Assembly (NCBI GenBank): GCA_052327205.1
Contig: CM126208.1
Coordinates: 255,440,001 to 255,504,000 of the forward strand
Source: Somniosus microcephalus
Taxonomy: Eukaryota
Length of the DNA: 64,000 nucleotides
Direction of reading: 5' to 3'
Numbering within the stretch: the stretch's first letter is position 1; the number at the start of each line of letters is the position of its first letter. The notes below the pieces were generated by a model, which did not search any database, was not told the DNA's origin, and worked only from the letters and a program-made list of their open reading frames with translations. This document shows, piece by piece, positions 45,391-58,599 of this stretch. Made by a program: the position numbers and the translations under genes.

Positions 45391-48288
45391 GGAAAAAAAA
45401 ACAAACACGATTTGTTATTTTAGTTAGTTTAGCATTTGAGTTTAAGAACAGGTTGAAAAAAAATTTGAGGTTATTCCAACCAGGAGAATTTTCATTAATT
45501 TACACCCATCCCCCTGTGTTTGTTTGGCATTACTTTTCTGCTAATAGCAGGAGCTAAAACTTATGGGGCAGATTTTCCTGTTTAAAAAATCTGGTGTATA
45601 GGATCATCAGGTTGCAGTGTATAAAGGAAAATGCATGCTGGTAATGGAACCTGACTGATTCTCTTCCATTTATACATTGGGAGGACTCCCTAACAGGTGT
45701 GCCAGCCTCCCCAGGCAATCCAACACATTCAGGCGCATAACAGGAAACATACCCCATGAAATCCACCTATGATTGAATGTGATCTTGCATGGATTTAGTC
45801 CTGGATTGCACACTATCACCCATTCCTCATATTCACATAAATAAGAGCCTCCAAATACATGTACAGTTTGTTCAGAAAAATGCACAAATGAAATGATGTG
45901 TCATCCACCTTTAATAATATGTAGTTATGGCTGTGAATCTCTCCAGTGAGGTGCTTGTCAAGTATCTGAATTTTTTTTTGCGTTCTTCAATAAAATGCAA
46001 TTGTACTCTACCAAAAAAACAGGTGATGAGTCAGTTACCATTATATATCACGATTTTGGGCCAATTACTAATTAGAAAATCTAATTCCCAACTCAAACTA
46101 CTTTGGGAAACAGCAACAAGTTTATTTCTGGATGGAAAAATTCCACAATGTTAACTTGTTTAGAAACATTAAATATAACAACGAGAGTTTCGGCTTAGCT
46201 GGGGCTACCATGTTGGAATAGCGTAACCGTATGTTAACGGGATGTCAGATTATTCTGCTGATTTCCCTCTCCTCCTTTGTCTTCCCCTATCTAACTTTGT
46301 ACTTCTAACAGGCATGTCAGCAACTATGTATTAACAAATAAGCTATGCTTTGCCATTATTGTAACCACTATCTTGTTAGCCCAGAACATCCAATGGGAGA
46401 ACACTGCACACAGCTTCCTTAAACAGCATTTATATTTTGAACCCCTACTCTCTCCCCATGCTCTTTGTTTGCAGTTGGGCTAAAGACGGAGTACCTCACC
46501 ACCATGAAACAATCTAACTGAGTTGGGTAGAGAAAACCAGATAGACCAGTTCCACCTTACTTATTCGCATCTGATATGGACCAGCACTGAATCTACCCAT
46601 GGTAAAAGCATAAAAGTGGGGTGGGGGTGGGGGGGACTATTATGTAGTGCACCTTTAAAATTATACCATGGCAGTCTAGTTCAAAAGCAAGCTTTAAAAT
46701 TTGTGAATGAGCTAAAATTGCAAATTTGTCACATGCTGAAAGTGACAGCTGCAAAGCTTTAATGAACTCACGTGGATTTTTAAGATTTAACTCCAGTAAA
46801 TTTATATCTACCATCCTTCTAAAAGAACGTGGTTTTAGACAGAATTGAGAAGAGGCAGAATGCTGAGCTGTCACAGCTTAAAATATTTTGCTTGTTACAT
46901 CTGAGAAGGAAAGGAATGTTAAGTGTAATCCTATATAGCATATAATCATTCCGTTTCAATTTCACAGGTTTGTTATTAATTCACTAAAACAAAAATAAAT
47001 TTAAAAAGTAAAAGTTTTGTTGAAAAAAAAGAAAAAAAAATCAAAGTAGCTGCATTAATTCGGTTTGCCCATTTTATTGTTAGGTGGCACTTTTAAGACT
47101 GACAGTTCTTGAATATCAATAATCAACATTCTTTACAGTAACTGCATACAATGCGAGCAAAGACAATTTAAAGTATTAAATGAAAGCCATTTTGTATTCA
47201 ATCATATTAACTGCATATTTCAGATTTTATATAATATTTTTAATCAGGTGTTCAACTGAGGCTACATACACGATTGCACAATGATCAGATCTTGTATGGC
47301 TCTTGGATTCGGGCAGTTAAAAATGCACACAACTATATTATGGCATGTCCAAATGTTTGAATATACATATAGCTTGAATTCCTCATTTATGGCATGATAA
47401 TTTATGTATAGGGTACCCCTCTTAAAAGGAATGAATTGCAGAACACAAAGAGATGTCATTTGCCTGATGACAAAAAAAAACTCTGAAACACTTGTCCTGG
47501 AAATTTCTAGTTTTGTCGGGAGCAATATGCAAAATTTGAAATGTTTGGCTTAAGCAACTACATACTGGCACGGTTCTTGCAGTCATTATGATGCATCCCA
47601 AAATTCCATACTGATATTTTTTTTAAAGGGGTTACTCCATCCCACTTACTGAATTTGTATTGAGATAGTTTCTATAGGTATATGCTGGTCAGATACATTC
47701 CAGTGACAAATTAAATGACAAAAGCAGATAGGCTTAAATGAACCAAATGGGGGCTGTTGTACTATGTGTGGGGTTAAAAAAAAGTGAATTCTGAAAGATG
47801 AAAAGGTCTTTCAGTAGTCAAGGTCAAACCACTTGATTTTTAAGTCTTACAATAATGTTTATCAACATATGCAATGCATTATTAAATTACATTTATAATT
47901 ATCAGTTCAAATATTCCTCTACCATGTCTTGACTTGTATTAATTTGACTCAAGATCATTTATCACAAACTTTGATTTCTCATATTTTTAACATTAGGTGA
48001 CAATGACCCAGGAATATTTTGACTGCCGATCCTCATGGTCAAGGGATAAAATGAGTGTGTGCGTTGAGGGTGGGGAAACAAGACCTGTATGGCACTCTGT
48101 ATAAATTAAAACCTCAATGCAAAGATAAATGATATATGTAATTGGGTCATCTTTTTAACCATTAAAGCACTAGGCATTACATTTGCTGTGCTAACATTCT
48201 GGATTAGATTTACTTTAGCAGGTTCATAGTTAAAAGAGTAGCAGCCTATAGGTTCTTATCACTAATTTATACATTAAAATGATCTTAC

Positions 48289-51200
48289 CTTAAGATTCCC
48301 TTTTGTTGTAAAAGCTCTGCCACAGATTGTGCAGCCAAATGGCTTTTCACCAGTGTGTGTGCGCTCATGGATCTGAAGAGCACTTGCAGAAGAAAAGGTC
48401 TTCCCACAGGATGGACAGTTATGCTGCTTGGGTGTCCGACGAGGTGGCGGTGCCAGAATGGGTGTCATACCTGGACTCATGGCTGTCTGTGGTGCAGATG
48501 GAGCCTGTATACCAACTGGAACCTGCGTACCATCACCTAGGGAGATCGGCTTGCTGTGACCATTGACTTCCATTTTGACCACGGTTGGTGCAGTGCTGGT
48601 GACCAGGCTAGGAGTACTTTGGGTGGGACCTAGAGTGGAGTTGGGTTCAAATAACTGAGAAGGAAGTTCTTTCATCTTGTGAGTCAGTAAGTGCTGTTTT
48701 AAATTACCCATAGTGGAGCAACCACGATTGCAGATTGTGCAAAGAAATGGACGCTCTTTAGTATGGCTGCGGTAGTGAATTTCCAATGCACTTTTACAAG
48801 CAAAAGGTTTGCCACAGATACTACAAACAGTACTTTTCAACTTACCACATTCTTGGTTGGGGAACAGCATACTAAAAGCCTCTTCTTTGATGATCGGCCG
48901 ACCCAGGTTGTTGGCTGTCAGATCTAGTGCACCTCCATTCTCCCGATGAGTTGATGGACTGTCTGCTTTTTCTGATTTCACTGTTGTCTCATGTGGTTCT
49001 TCCTGGTTGCCAAAGCCTGGTGACTTTGATCTTTGACTGTCAGCATTACTATGCACAGGTGACAATGCCTGCATTGAAGAAGAGCACTCAGACGTTGCTG
49101 GGCTACCTGCACTCTGACTTTCTAAATCACCCACAGCTGAGGAGGAGTCATTTGTCAAGCGATCACTCTCCATGGATCCATTTTCAACAGATTTCATGCT
49201 GGATCGCTGCTGTGTGCTCAAAGCACAGTCTATTATCTTCATCTGATTCTCCAGTGTAGCGATGCTAGAAATCACTGAAGGAGGCGAGTTTGGTGACGAA
49301 CCAGAATAACATAATAATTGCTTTGAAGACTCAGTTGTGGTAATGTTTAATTCTGCCTCCTCATCCATTGAATTTTCATCCATCAGTTCATCATCAGGAT
49401 AGTTGCTCATTAGTTCAGCACTCATTTCATCACAAGTTAGGTCGGTGTCCATACTATCGGAGAAGCCCTCTGGCAAAGGCGTATTTGGAATCTGTCCGCC
49501 CATATGCATACGAATATGCTGTTGTAAAACTACAGCGTTTGTAAATTTCTTCTGGCAAATGGGGCAAGAATGTTGTACTCGAAGAGGCGGCTTTGCTCGG
49601 TGAACTCCGAAGTGTGTCTTTAGGTTGCCCTTGGTGGTAAAAGCGCGGCCGCAGATTTTGCATTTAAACGGCCTTTCACCTGTGTGTGTGCGGTAATGCA
49701 TCTTCAGAGCACTCTGGCAACTTAGTACACGGTGACAGATAACACACTGGTTGGGGTCGGTCATCTTTTTATCAATGTTCTCCACCAATTGTTGCAGTTT
49801 TGAGGTCTCAGATGTTTGCATAGAGTCTAACAGCCCGCCGAATGGGAATTTCGCCTTAAACTGCTCCGTTATTATGGGAAGCAGAGGGCTTGGAAGGGTT
49901 GAGGGAATGCTGTTCACTCCATTATCTGCAGCTGTAGAAGATGTGGTAGAGCATAGAGCGGAGGAAACTGACTGTCCAGGTGCACAGCTTTCTACTGGTT
50001 TGAAACTTGAAGTAGGTACATTTAAACCTTGAACTATGGGAACTACATTACCACCATTAATTGACTGTGGAGATTCTGCAGTGATTGGAATGCTGGAATC
50101 ATTCTTGCTCATGTTTGGTGACAAAGAAGCACATTCACTTGATGGAGGAGATGGTCTTTGGGGTGACCTGTTTAAAGGAGTCACAGTTGGGGACTCACCC
50201 AGGCTGGTAATACTTGATAGAGTTGGAGGCAACTGTAATCCAACTGAAGTTGGTAAGGTTGACAGCACAGGCTTGGTGTCCAACCATGTTGTCACTGGTT
50301 TTTCAGGTGGTAAGGACATCCCATATGGAATGCCAGTGCTAGTAGGTACATTATCTAGGTATTCAGGGACTGGATATGGATTCATCTGGATGTGAGGGTA
50401 TTTTTCTTTATGCCTCTGGAAGTGAACTTTAAGATTACCTTTGGTGGAAAAACGATTTCCACAAATATTACACTTAAATGGTCTCTCTCCAGTATGGGAA
50501 CGAAGGTGAATCTGTAATGCACTGTCACTTCCAAAGACCTTAGCACAAAACCTACATTTATGCTTGAAAAATGGATCTTCTGAGCTTGTTTTGGGATCAA
50601 ACACAGAAACGTTGGGTGGTTTTCCTTTGCGATGTTTCATAAGGGCAGCCAGTGGATCTAGAGCATTAGTAGTTGCAGCAATGCTGACCAGTGGGTTTGG
50701 GAAGATCACACTACTTGATGAAGTCTGAGGTAGCAGCGGATTAGGCATGCTGGAAGCTGGACTGAGAAGACTACCGTGTCCAAGTGATGAAGATGAATAC
50801 TGTAACTGAGAGGAAGTGTTACTTGTATTTGAACTGCAACTTGGAGTCAGGGAAGATGAAATTCCACTGGTGGATGGAGGCAAGTTGGATTCTAATCTGG
50901 GAGATACACTGCTGGGTAAAACAGGAGTGCTAGCCCCAGAGGCAGGCTGTGTTATTTGCTGTGAACTATCAAAGGCAGATGGGTGGATACTGGATGCCTG
51001 TCCTGTTCCCGAAGCTGAAATAACGGCTGATAATTGGTTAGAAGAATGATCACTGAATGAAACATGCTGGCTAGCAGCAGCTACTGAAGTACCTTGGGAA
51101 GATGTCGATGGATTTAAAGGGTGCAATGTTTGTGGATTCATCATCGCGACTTGGTTTCGGATTTGTTCAATCAGTTGAAGCTGGTGGAGCTGCTGCTGTT

Positions 51201-51779
51201 GCAGTGCCATCAGCTGCTCCAGAATCATAGGGATAGCCATGGTGGGTACTCCACTATTTGAATTGGGGCTGTTAGATCGCGTGTCCTGCGAGAACTGTGC
51301 CACTGCCACTTTAGTGCTTTGCAAAGTCTCTAAAGTCACATTAGTGTTTGGCATGTTATAATTTGTCATGGAAGATGATTCAGGAATCTGAGGTAGCGAA
51401 GTAGCAGTGCTGGAGGTCCCTTGATTCTGGTGACCTTTGTCAGTGGAGGCATCCACCTCCATCGGCTCGTCCTGCTCTGTACTCTTTACCTCAGAGCTGT
51501 CATTTCCCTCTAACTGAGTGCTGTCCTCAGCAGCTTCACTCTCTACTTGATCACTTGGGCTACTAGCAGGAGAAGCCTCAGGGAAGTCTTCTGAGCGTGC
51601 TGCGTCCTCGTCGTTTACGATTAAAACTAGTGGATTCTTAGTGCAATTCTTCTGATGCTCCATGAAGTCAGACCACTTGAAGAATTCTGCACAGCATTTC
51701 TCACAGATGTGGGTTTCCTCACTTCCACTTCTGCTTTCATTCCCACTATCAGCATCATCTGGTCCTTCCCCTGGGGCTG
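48289..51779 (-). CDS. SALL3: Sal-like protein 3, large coding exon 2 (C2HC finger, Q-rich region, C2H2 double zinc-finger clusters with SAL boxes)
   Basis: 1192-aa ORF with [21 protein letters not shown], a [15 protein letters not shown] tract and repeated [11 protein letters not shown] boxes. Acceptor ttcctag|CAGCCCCA at 51780/51779 (phase 1); donor AAG|gtaaga at 48289/48288 (phase 0). APGEG..DADSG.ESRSG.EET start resembles SALL3. Confidence 0.93.
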
Positions 51780-53234
51780 CTAGGAAATCAAAAGGACACA
51801 TCAAGCAATGACTTGCAAGACTATCCCTCCCTCCAATTTCAAGTTTTTGCACATAACTAAAATCAATATTTTTTTATTTTGTACAAATTACCTCACTTCA
51901 ACACATCTCAGGTCCCTCTGTGTGTATTCTATCACTCTTTCTACCTAGCTAATCATTTTCTTTGCACAATCCATCAAATTATGAGGCCCTATCAATTGTG
52001 GATACTGCTGCTTAATGAAATTCCATAGAAGCTATTGATTTCCAATATTTTCATACAATTCACAGCTGCCTTGTCTGTTGGGTACAAATCAAGCCTTTGA
52101 TGGACTCATTAGGATTCCCCTTTACCATCAGGCTTCCTCATTTCCAGCAAAATTAGAGAAGCCTTTGCCAGTTCACTTGACATCACTAAACTAATCTGTA
52201 ACCTTTCAGGCTCAAATCAGTACCTGACAGGACAAACTGGCCCTCTGTTACTCAAATGTGGTCTTGGACTGACCAGATTTATTATCTTCATACAGCATCA
52301 AGACAGTATGGATTTAATGCTAGCCTATATAATGTCTTAAATCAATGACCATATCTTTAGCTGCTTTAGAAATCTGAACAGCAATGTACCCTTAAGCATT
52401 AACTAGGGTACACTACCTTTTAGAACTCTGCACGATTTAGCTAAATTAATTATTTCCTGTGCTACCAGTGAAACGCAAAGGCTGTGCCATAATTATTAAA
52501 AGTTATTGATAGAGACGCAACCTATTCAGACTTTGAGTGGCAGAGTTACGCAAGATGACTTTCTTCACAGAATAAAACTGCTGCAAGAACTATCACTGTT
52601 GTAAAAAGGAGGCAAAGTTTAGATTTTTTTTGCAGCAGAATATTTTTGTGATGTTCAATGAAATCTTCATATAGTTATATCTTGCTCGCAGTTGCTTTTC
52701 GCAAGACACACGTGCATTACGAGAAAGTGTCTTGAAAGGTTTAGCTATTCAACAAATAAGTTCAATATCTGTAATTTTTATACAAGAGCATTCTCAGACA
52801 TCGACTTTTATCTGTGCTCAAGAAAAGGCTCAGTGAATTAAATGCCAGTACTGTGGCAGAAAACCCATAATTGGTTAATTACTGTTGTAGGCAGCCACCT
52901 TTCTGGACTAGTCTTATCACTATGTGCCAAACAAAAAGCATGTTTAATGAAACAGAATTCTAATGTGCACCTGACCAACTAAGTAGTTCTTCAAGAAAGA
53001 TGAACCAAAGTACCCAGTTATATTCACAGTGGCATTTCCGATCCGTATTGTGTCTCTAGTAGACTCCAATGCGCAGGCTGTGATTAATCAGTTGCTGTCA
53101 TTCCCCATTGTTTCACATTGTTGAACATCGTAAATTGTGTCATAAATTGCCTATGATTATTCAACACGCTGAAAACCCCAAGCAATTGTGAAAACCTGTC
53201 TGTGTTTTGGCAGATTTTGTTAAAAGAAAATCTT

Positions 53235-53720
53235 GGGCTCTCCAATAGTTCAGCTGGTTAGACCAGTGTGTAGTTGAGCCATTCCTGGTATGGGCCTAGA
53301 AATTTGGTCGCGCAGTGCCCGTCTTTAATTCCGCTCTGGCAGTAAGCTGCTTGTTAGGTGTCCGCACCTGGCCGGCTTGAAGATGACGAGACCCGAGGCC
53401 CGATATTGGGTGCCCCTCTGGCCTCGTCATTCACGCGCAGGGATCGTTCCCTGTGCCCAAATTTCTTGACTTTGATGTCTGGTCTGTGCTGAATGAGCTG
53501 ATCTCAGCTAAGGTGACACGAGGCATGTAACAACTGATCTCAATGACACTGGGTTAGGGAGAGGGGCAAAAAAGAGAATCAGTCAGGGTTCCTGCTCCTG
53601 GTCATCCAGCCAGCCTTGCTAGATTCTGTGTGGGCATGCGGGTATGGTGGCTTTGTACATTGGACAAATAATGACCCTCTACATGTAGTTCTGATCTTAG
53701 CTGTGCCAAATCAAAGCTTC
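53235..53720 (+). mobile_element. Second SINE-like family with nested MITE (about 53292-53471)
   Basis: A-box-like TAGTTCAGCTGG head; GGGCCTAGAAATTT-ended insertion; body resumes GGTCTGTGCTGAATGAGCTGATCTCAGC. Confidence 0.55.
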
Positions 53721-54124
53721 AGTGTCTCCCTGCAGGGAAGGGATATCCGATTAGTGATATTGCTGTTATGTTGTCATGACTCCACCTCCCAGCAAAAAAG
53801 GGCATTAGCAGAGTTCTGGAAACAGGCTGTGAGGCTGTCCTCTTGGCAGAAAACTCACGAGACCCACTGGGACCTTGAATATAATGGAGAGAAAACTGAG
53901 GCGGCTTGTCCTTCATGGGGTGTGAACTGCCGATCAATATGTACAAAAATGAAAGAACTATGTATAGCTAGTGACTTACAGTAGCATTAACTGGTGCACA
54001 ATACAAAGATGACACTGTGAAGTAAGAACTGATACTATATGCATTTCTCTTTCTATGTGTATGTATCGTATATGCCTTAGAGCATTTACAGCTTCAGGTT
54101 TAGCACTATATTTGCTTCTTATTT

Positions 54125-54230
54125 ACCTATGTTACAACAGTGACAACACTTCAAAACTACTTCATTGGTTGTAAAGCGCTTTGGAACGTTCTGAGGTTGT
54201 GAAAGGCGCTATATAAATGCAAGCCTTTTT
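54125..54230 (+). mobile_element. DeuSINE tail fragment
   Basis: TTACAACAGTGACAACACTTCAAAA...GAAAGGCGCTATATAAATGCAAG. Confidence 0.7.
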
Positions 54231-54709
54231 TAACCACAACTTAATATATACCTGTCCTTGGTCATTTTCTCTTTCACCATTTTTACACAGAAATATATAT
54301 CTTTACAGCTCTTTATACCTGGCACAAGCAATTTTAAGGACACATCTTTGTTTGAAGAGAAGGCACATACTGCAGGTGGTGTTACCAACACGTTATCAAA
54401 CATTCAAAAAAGACGGCTCATATCGTATGTGGTATACGTTAGTTCATGATGTGTTAAATCATGGAGTGTTGGGGCACAACTTTCTTGCAGAGGACAGGAA
54501 TGAAGACAGAGTGCTTCTGCTAAGGATAAAAAGATTCGAATTTCAGACAACGGCAAACACTCATATACTGTACTTTTATCTGTTGTTTCAAGAATGGCAC
54601 AGACAGGCTGCTGTGAACAACATCCAATTAGCTGAGTTAGGAATGATGCATAGCTTATTTTTGAGAGGGGCAGTTAAAGATGTGGAATTAAAAATAAAAA
54701 GTTGGCTAA

Positions 54710-55015
54710 ATGTCTTTCGGATGAGACATTAAATTAAGGCCCCCGTCTGTTCTGTCAGGTGGATGTAAAAGATCCCATGACACTATTTCAAATAAGTATA
54801 GTGGGCCAACATGTATCCCTCAACCAAAACCTAAAAAGCAGATTATCTGATCATAATCTCATTGCTATTTGTGGGAGCTTGCTGTGCGCAATTTGGCTGC
54901 CGCGTTTCCTATATTACAACAGTGACTCCACTTCAAAAGTACTTCATTGGCGGTCAAGCACTTTGGGACGTCCTGAAATCGTGTAAGGCACTATATAAAA
55001 GCAAGGCTTTCTTTT
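54710..55015 (+). mobile_element. DeuSINE Deu-domain and tail
   Basis: GTCTTTCGGATGAGAC...AAAAGATCCCATGACACTATTT through to the tail. Confidence 0.8.
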
Positions 55016-55581
55016 AAAAAAAACTTTTACTAAAAAGGTTAAAAATTGAGATGGTTTGAGAAATAGTAGAATTGAAAATTTAGCAATAATAGAAGTAATA
55101 TTACTTCACAGGGAAGCAATATAGCACGATTTTGAACAGAGGATGGATCTGTTTTTCTTTAATAAGGTTTCAGTAAAAAAAATTCTGTACTAAATGATTT
55201 CAAATTCACTCTTATCTAATACTGAAAAGGGTCCACTACTTCTTTATTTAATTTATCAAGAATGTGCTCTATCTTCCTGTTGAATAGTGACATATAAAAT
55301 AATAGGTAATTGGGAGAGAGTTGCCAGGCTGTAACCCAGTCTAGAGATTCAGATGAGGTCAAATGGTTTTGCAACCCTTTTTGGAATCTTTGAAATTGCA
55401 TTACAGACTTGCAAATCTGTCCTTGGTATATAGAATTTGCAGCAGTTGATAAAAAATAATTATTTAAAAATGTTGCTTAAACCTCCAGCTCCGGGATGCA
55501 TTTGGCTACATCCATGATGCAAGATAAATGTCAATCACAGAATTAGAGGATCAAGTTCATATATGTTACAAAGAATATTCT

Positions 55582-55767
55582 GGCCTAGAAATTCCTCTTG
55601 GGCGGTGGCGATAAACAGGCGGTATCGGACCGGCCGCCTGTTATATGCAGCGCCTAACGTTCAGTTCCGTTGACTGTAATAGAACTGAGTCTCAGGCGCT
55701 ACATTTAATGGGCGGCCGAGACGATACCGCTCGCTTTGCACCAGTGCCCAAGAGGAATTTCTAGCCC
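55582..55767. mobile_element. Palindromic MITE (Harbinger-like)
   Basis: CTAGAAATTCCTCTTGGGC/GCCCAAGAGGAATTTCTAG TIR; 3-bp TSD TCT/TCT. Confidence 0.8.
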
Positions 55768-55781
55768 TCTAACTCTCCTGT

Positions 55782-57287
55782 GGCCGCGATTTCACCGGCC
55801 GAGGTCGGTATCACGGTCCCAGCCCGCTGCCTACTGCCACCTGCACTCGCCAAGCGATTTTTCATTGATTGGCCTTGTTAAGCCCGCCCTGCAAGGTTCC
55901 CGGTCAATTCAATTAATTGGAAGCGGGTCTAATGGCATCAGACGCGTCATCAGCCAGTTTCCTTAAAGGGACCACGTCAAAATTGATTTTGACAGTTTTG
56001 TTGTCAGTGTTCTACAGCATTGAGGTGCTGCAAACACTGACAAGCTCTGCCAAGTCACACTCAACCTCATCCTGCTGTGCCACTCATCACATCCCCATCA
56101 CTCTGCCTTCCCTATCCTACTCCTGCACATCCTTACTCACACCAACTTACCTTGCACCTCCACCCATCCCTCTCTATCTACATTATCACTTCCCCATCTC
56201 ACTAGCCATCCCTCACACTCACCCTCAACCTACTGCAAGCATACCAACTAACAACACACAAGGGTAGGCACCTGGGTGGTTTAGCCAATGCTCATGTGAA
56301 GTTTCTGCTAATGTGTTGTCAAACATTGAAATCTATGTTTTCAACACTACCTTATGGACAGATCTGTGCTCACCTTTGGAAGTGTCTTAGTGAGTTCCAG
56401 TGAATGTTGAGACATAACTCCCCGCCACCCCCCCGCCCCCACAATGGTGATGAGTGTGAAAGGAATGGCTTGGACATTGTAGGGATGCTTTATGGTGTTG
56501 GTGTGGGGTGATGCCAACCTGGCACATCATGTGACAGCCAGGGTGTACAGCGTCAAGTGAAGTAAATCTGGCCATGATGAGGCCATCCCTGGCGTCCCGG
56601 GCAGCAATGTGATCGGGTGCTGATGCCGTGTCCTGTGCAGCATCAAGTGATTGTGGAGAAGGTTGGTATTGTTATTGGTGATGTTGGTGTGCCTGGTGTT
56701 GGGGCTGATCGTGGAGGGATTCAGAGGACCAAGGTGAGATTTTTTCAAGGGCACCGATGTTGCTGGAATAGATGGCAGCTGAAGTTGAGATGACAGAAGT
56801 GATCTGTCAATGGTGAGAGAGGTTGCTTCAAGGAGGTGACAGTGGATAGAAAGTTTATTCCAAACACTTCCTAACTGCATACAGCTCAAAAGTGTCTTCC
56901 AAGTCCTAAAGTCTCAAGGTTCTGACATTGGAAAGTGAACAGCTGTGAAATGGTAGCTTTCATACCACTTTTGCAGCTGTCACCTATTCACAGCAATGGG
57001 GGGACATAGAGAACCCGACCTACTTACCTGACGTGATCTCTGAACATCGTGACCCCCGTTTAAAAAGTGGGAAAATAGAAATAGGCTGGCAGAATAGTAG
57101 TTAACAAGCGTTTAACAAGCATTTAACTATCTTAGATGCCTCCCCCGCCATTTGGTGTCGGGTCTGTTCTGAAATCGCAGACCCGACACGTTGGAAACTT
57201 ACATGGAGGCGGGTTCGGAGCGGGCTCCCAACCTGCTGTCAATCATGCCTCCGAACCCGCACTCTCAGCACTGGCAAAATCGCGGCC
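55782..57287 (+). mobile_element. Non-autonomous Harbinger derivative
   Basis: Perfect 11-bp TIR GGCCGCGATTT/AAATCGCGGCC; 3-bp TSD TGT/TGT; colinear with 40496-42272 but with the Myb exon deleted. Confidence 0.8.
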
Positions 57288-57325
57288 TGTGTCGCAAGAA
57301 CTGGAGAAATACACCAGCATGTGAC

Positions 57326-57482
57326 CAATGTTCCCTGTAAGCTGTGCAGCTGCGCAGTGCTCCAGGGATCCCGCGCAGCCGGCTTTCAAACAGAGAAACC
57401 GCGCATGCGCAGTATTTTGAATGGGCTGCGCAGCTCCCTAAGGGGGCCATGTGGCCCGAAAAAAATATTACAGGGAACATTG
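57326..57482. mobile_element. hAT-type MITE
   Basis: Perfect 15-bp TIR CAATGTTCCCTGTAA/TTACAGGGAACATTG; 8-bp TSD CATGTGAC/CACGTGAC. Confidence 0.85.
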
Positions 57483-57507
57483 CACGTGACTGGTATGAAA
57501 CCTGTAA

Positions 57508-57783
57508 CATAGAATCATGCAGCATAGAAGGAGGCTTTGAAAGAGCTATTCAATTAGTCCCACTCTCCTGCTCCTTCCCCATAGCCCTGCACATTTTTCC
57601 TTTTCAAGTATTTATCCAATTCCCTTTTGAAAGTGATTATTGAATCTGCTTCCACCGCCCTTTCAAACAGTGTATTCCAGATCATAACAACTTGCTGCAC
57701 AAAAACATTCCTCCTCGTCTCCCCTCTGTTTCCTTTGCAAATTATCTTAAATCTGTGTCCCCTGGTCACCGACCCTCCTGCCA
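57508..57783 (-). mobile_element. CR1 3' fragment
   Basis: Minus ORF SVTRGHRFK...VVMIWNTL...QGYGEGAGEWD*. Confidence 0.85.
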
Positions 57784-58221
57784 ATGTTTCTTCCTAGCTA
57801 CCCTTCATAGTTTTAAATGTTGTGTTTCACCAAACATGATGTTGTGTTTCACCAAAGAGTTCACTGTGCATTAGATTTAAACAACAGGTTACACATGGTT
57901 ACAGGACAGCGTATTCAAGGTATTAAAAATTTCCAGTCCTCATCTTCGGAGCTTTTCCGCTGCCTTTAAAGACGCCCCACCGCCTCAGCTGCTGCAGTGG
58001 TGATCTCGGCACAGCACTGCCAGGGTTTTCTGGACATGCAGCAACTGGCTCCCTCTTGGTGTTGGGGGATCCTGCTAGGAGCCCGCTCCACACAGCAAAT
58101 CAAGACACCACCTTGGAAAATTGGTTGGGGGTTATGGCGGGTTCAAAGCAGCATGCAGAACTCACTATCATGCCGATGAGGAAAATACTGGCCTTTGTGT
58201 GTTTCAATTTCTATTCTATGC

Positions 58222-58305
58222 TGAGGTGCTCTTGCAGAGAGCCGGCACGGGCTCGACGGGCCGAATGGCCTCCTTCCATGCTGTAACCATTCTATGATTC
58301 TATGA
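58222..58305 (+). mobile_element. CR1 3' UTR tip
   Basis: GGGCCGAATGGCCTCC stem-loop and (ATTCTATG)n tail. Confidence 0.7.
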
Positions 58306-58599
58306 AATTCCTCGCTCTGCTATTTATTTAGAGTGGGTTAATGCCTCTGCTGAAATAACAGGCAGGAATTTCAGCTGAATGCGTGAAATGTTCATACTGT
58401 TGTATCCCATAGTGCAATTTCAGGGCCTCGATCTTTGTGCAAGTTCTTAAACTACAGGCTGAGGAATTTCTACAGCCTATTATGCCAAGTATACTCTGTC
58501 ATAATTGATTAGTTTTACTATTGCAAACACATGTTTATGGAATACATGTACATAAAGACATAGAAACAGAAAAGCCACGGCCCTCCTAAATTCCTACAT

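Larger units (their letters stand above)
39378..48288 (-). other. SALL3: SALL3 intron 2
   Basis: GT..AG boundaries join two phase-0 exon ends in the middle of a C2H2 finger. Confidence 0.9.

Noticed and set aside
48327-51049. Multiple plus-strand ORFs opposite SALL3 exon 2, and minus-strand ORFs opposite the CR1 ORFs
   Set aside because: Antisense shadows of real coding frames with no recognisable domains.
51780-51852. N-terminal MQKLEIGG...FDFL of the 1192-aa ORF
   Set aside because: Intronic read-through upstream of the exon 2 acceptor. The true SALL N-terminus (MSRRKQ..) was not found in the window.
54217-54732. 171-aa ORF
   Set aside because: Starts and ends in SINE fragments; no domain or coding-like composition.
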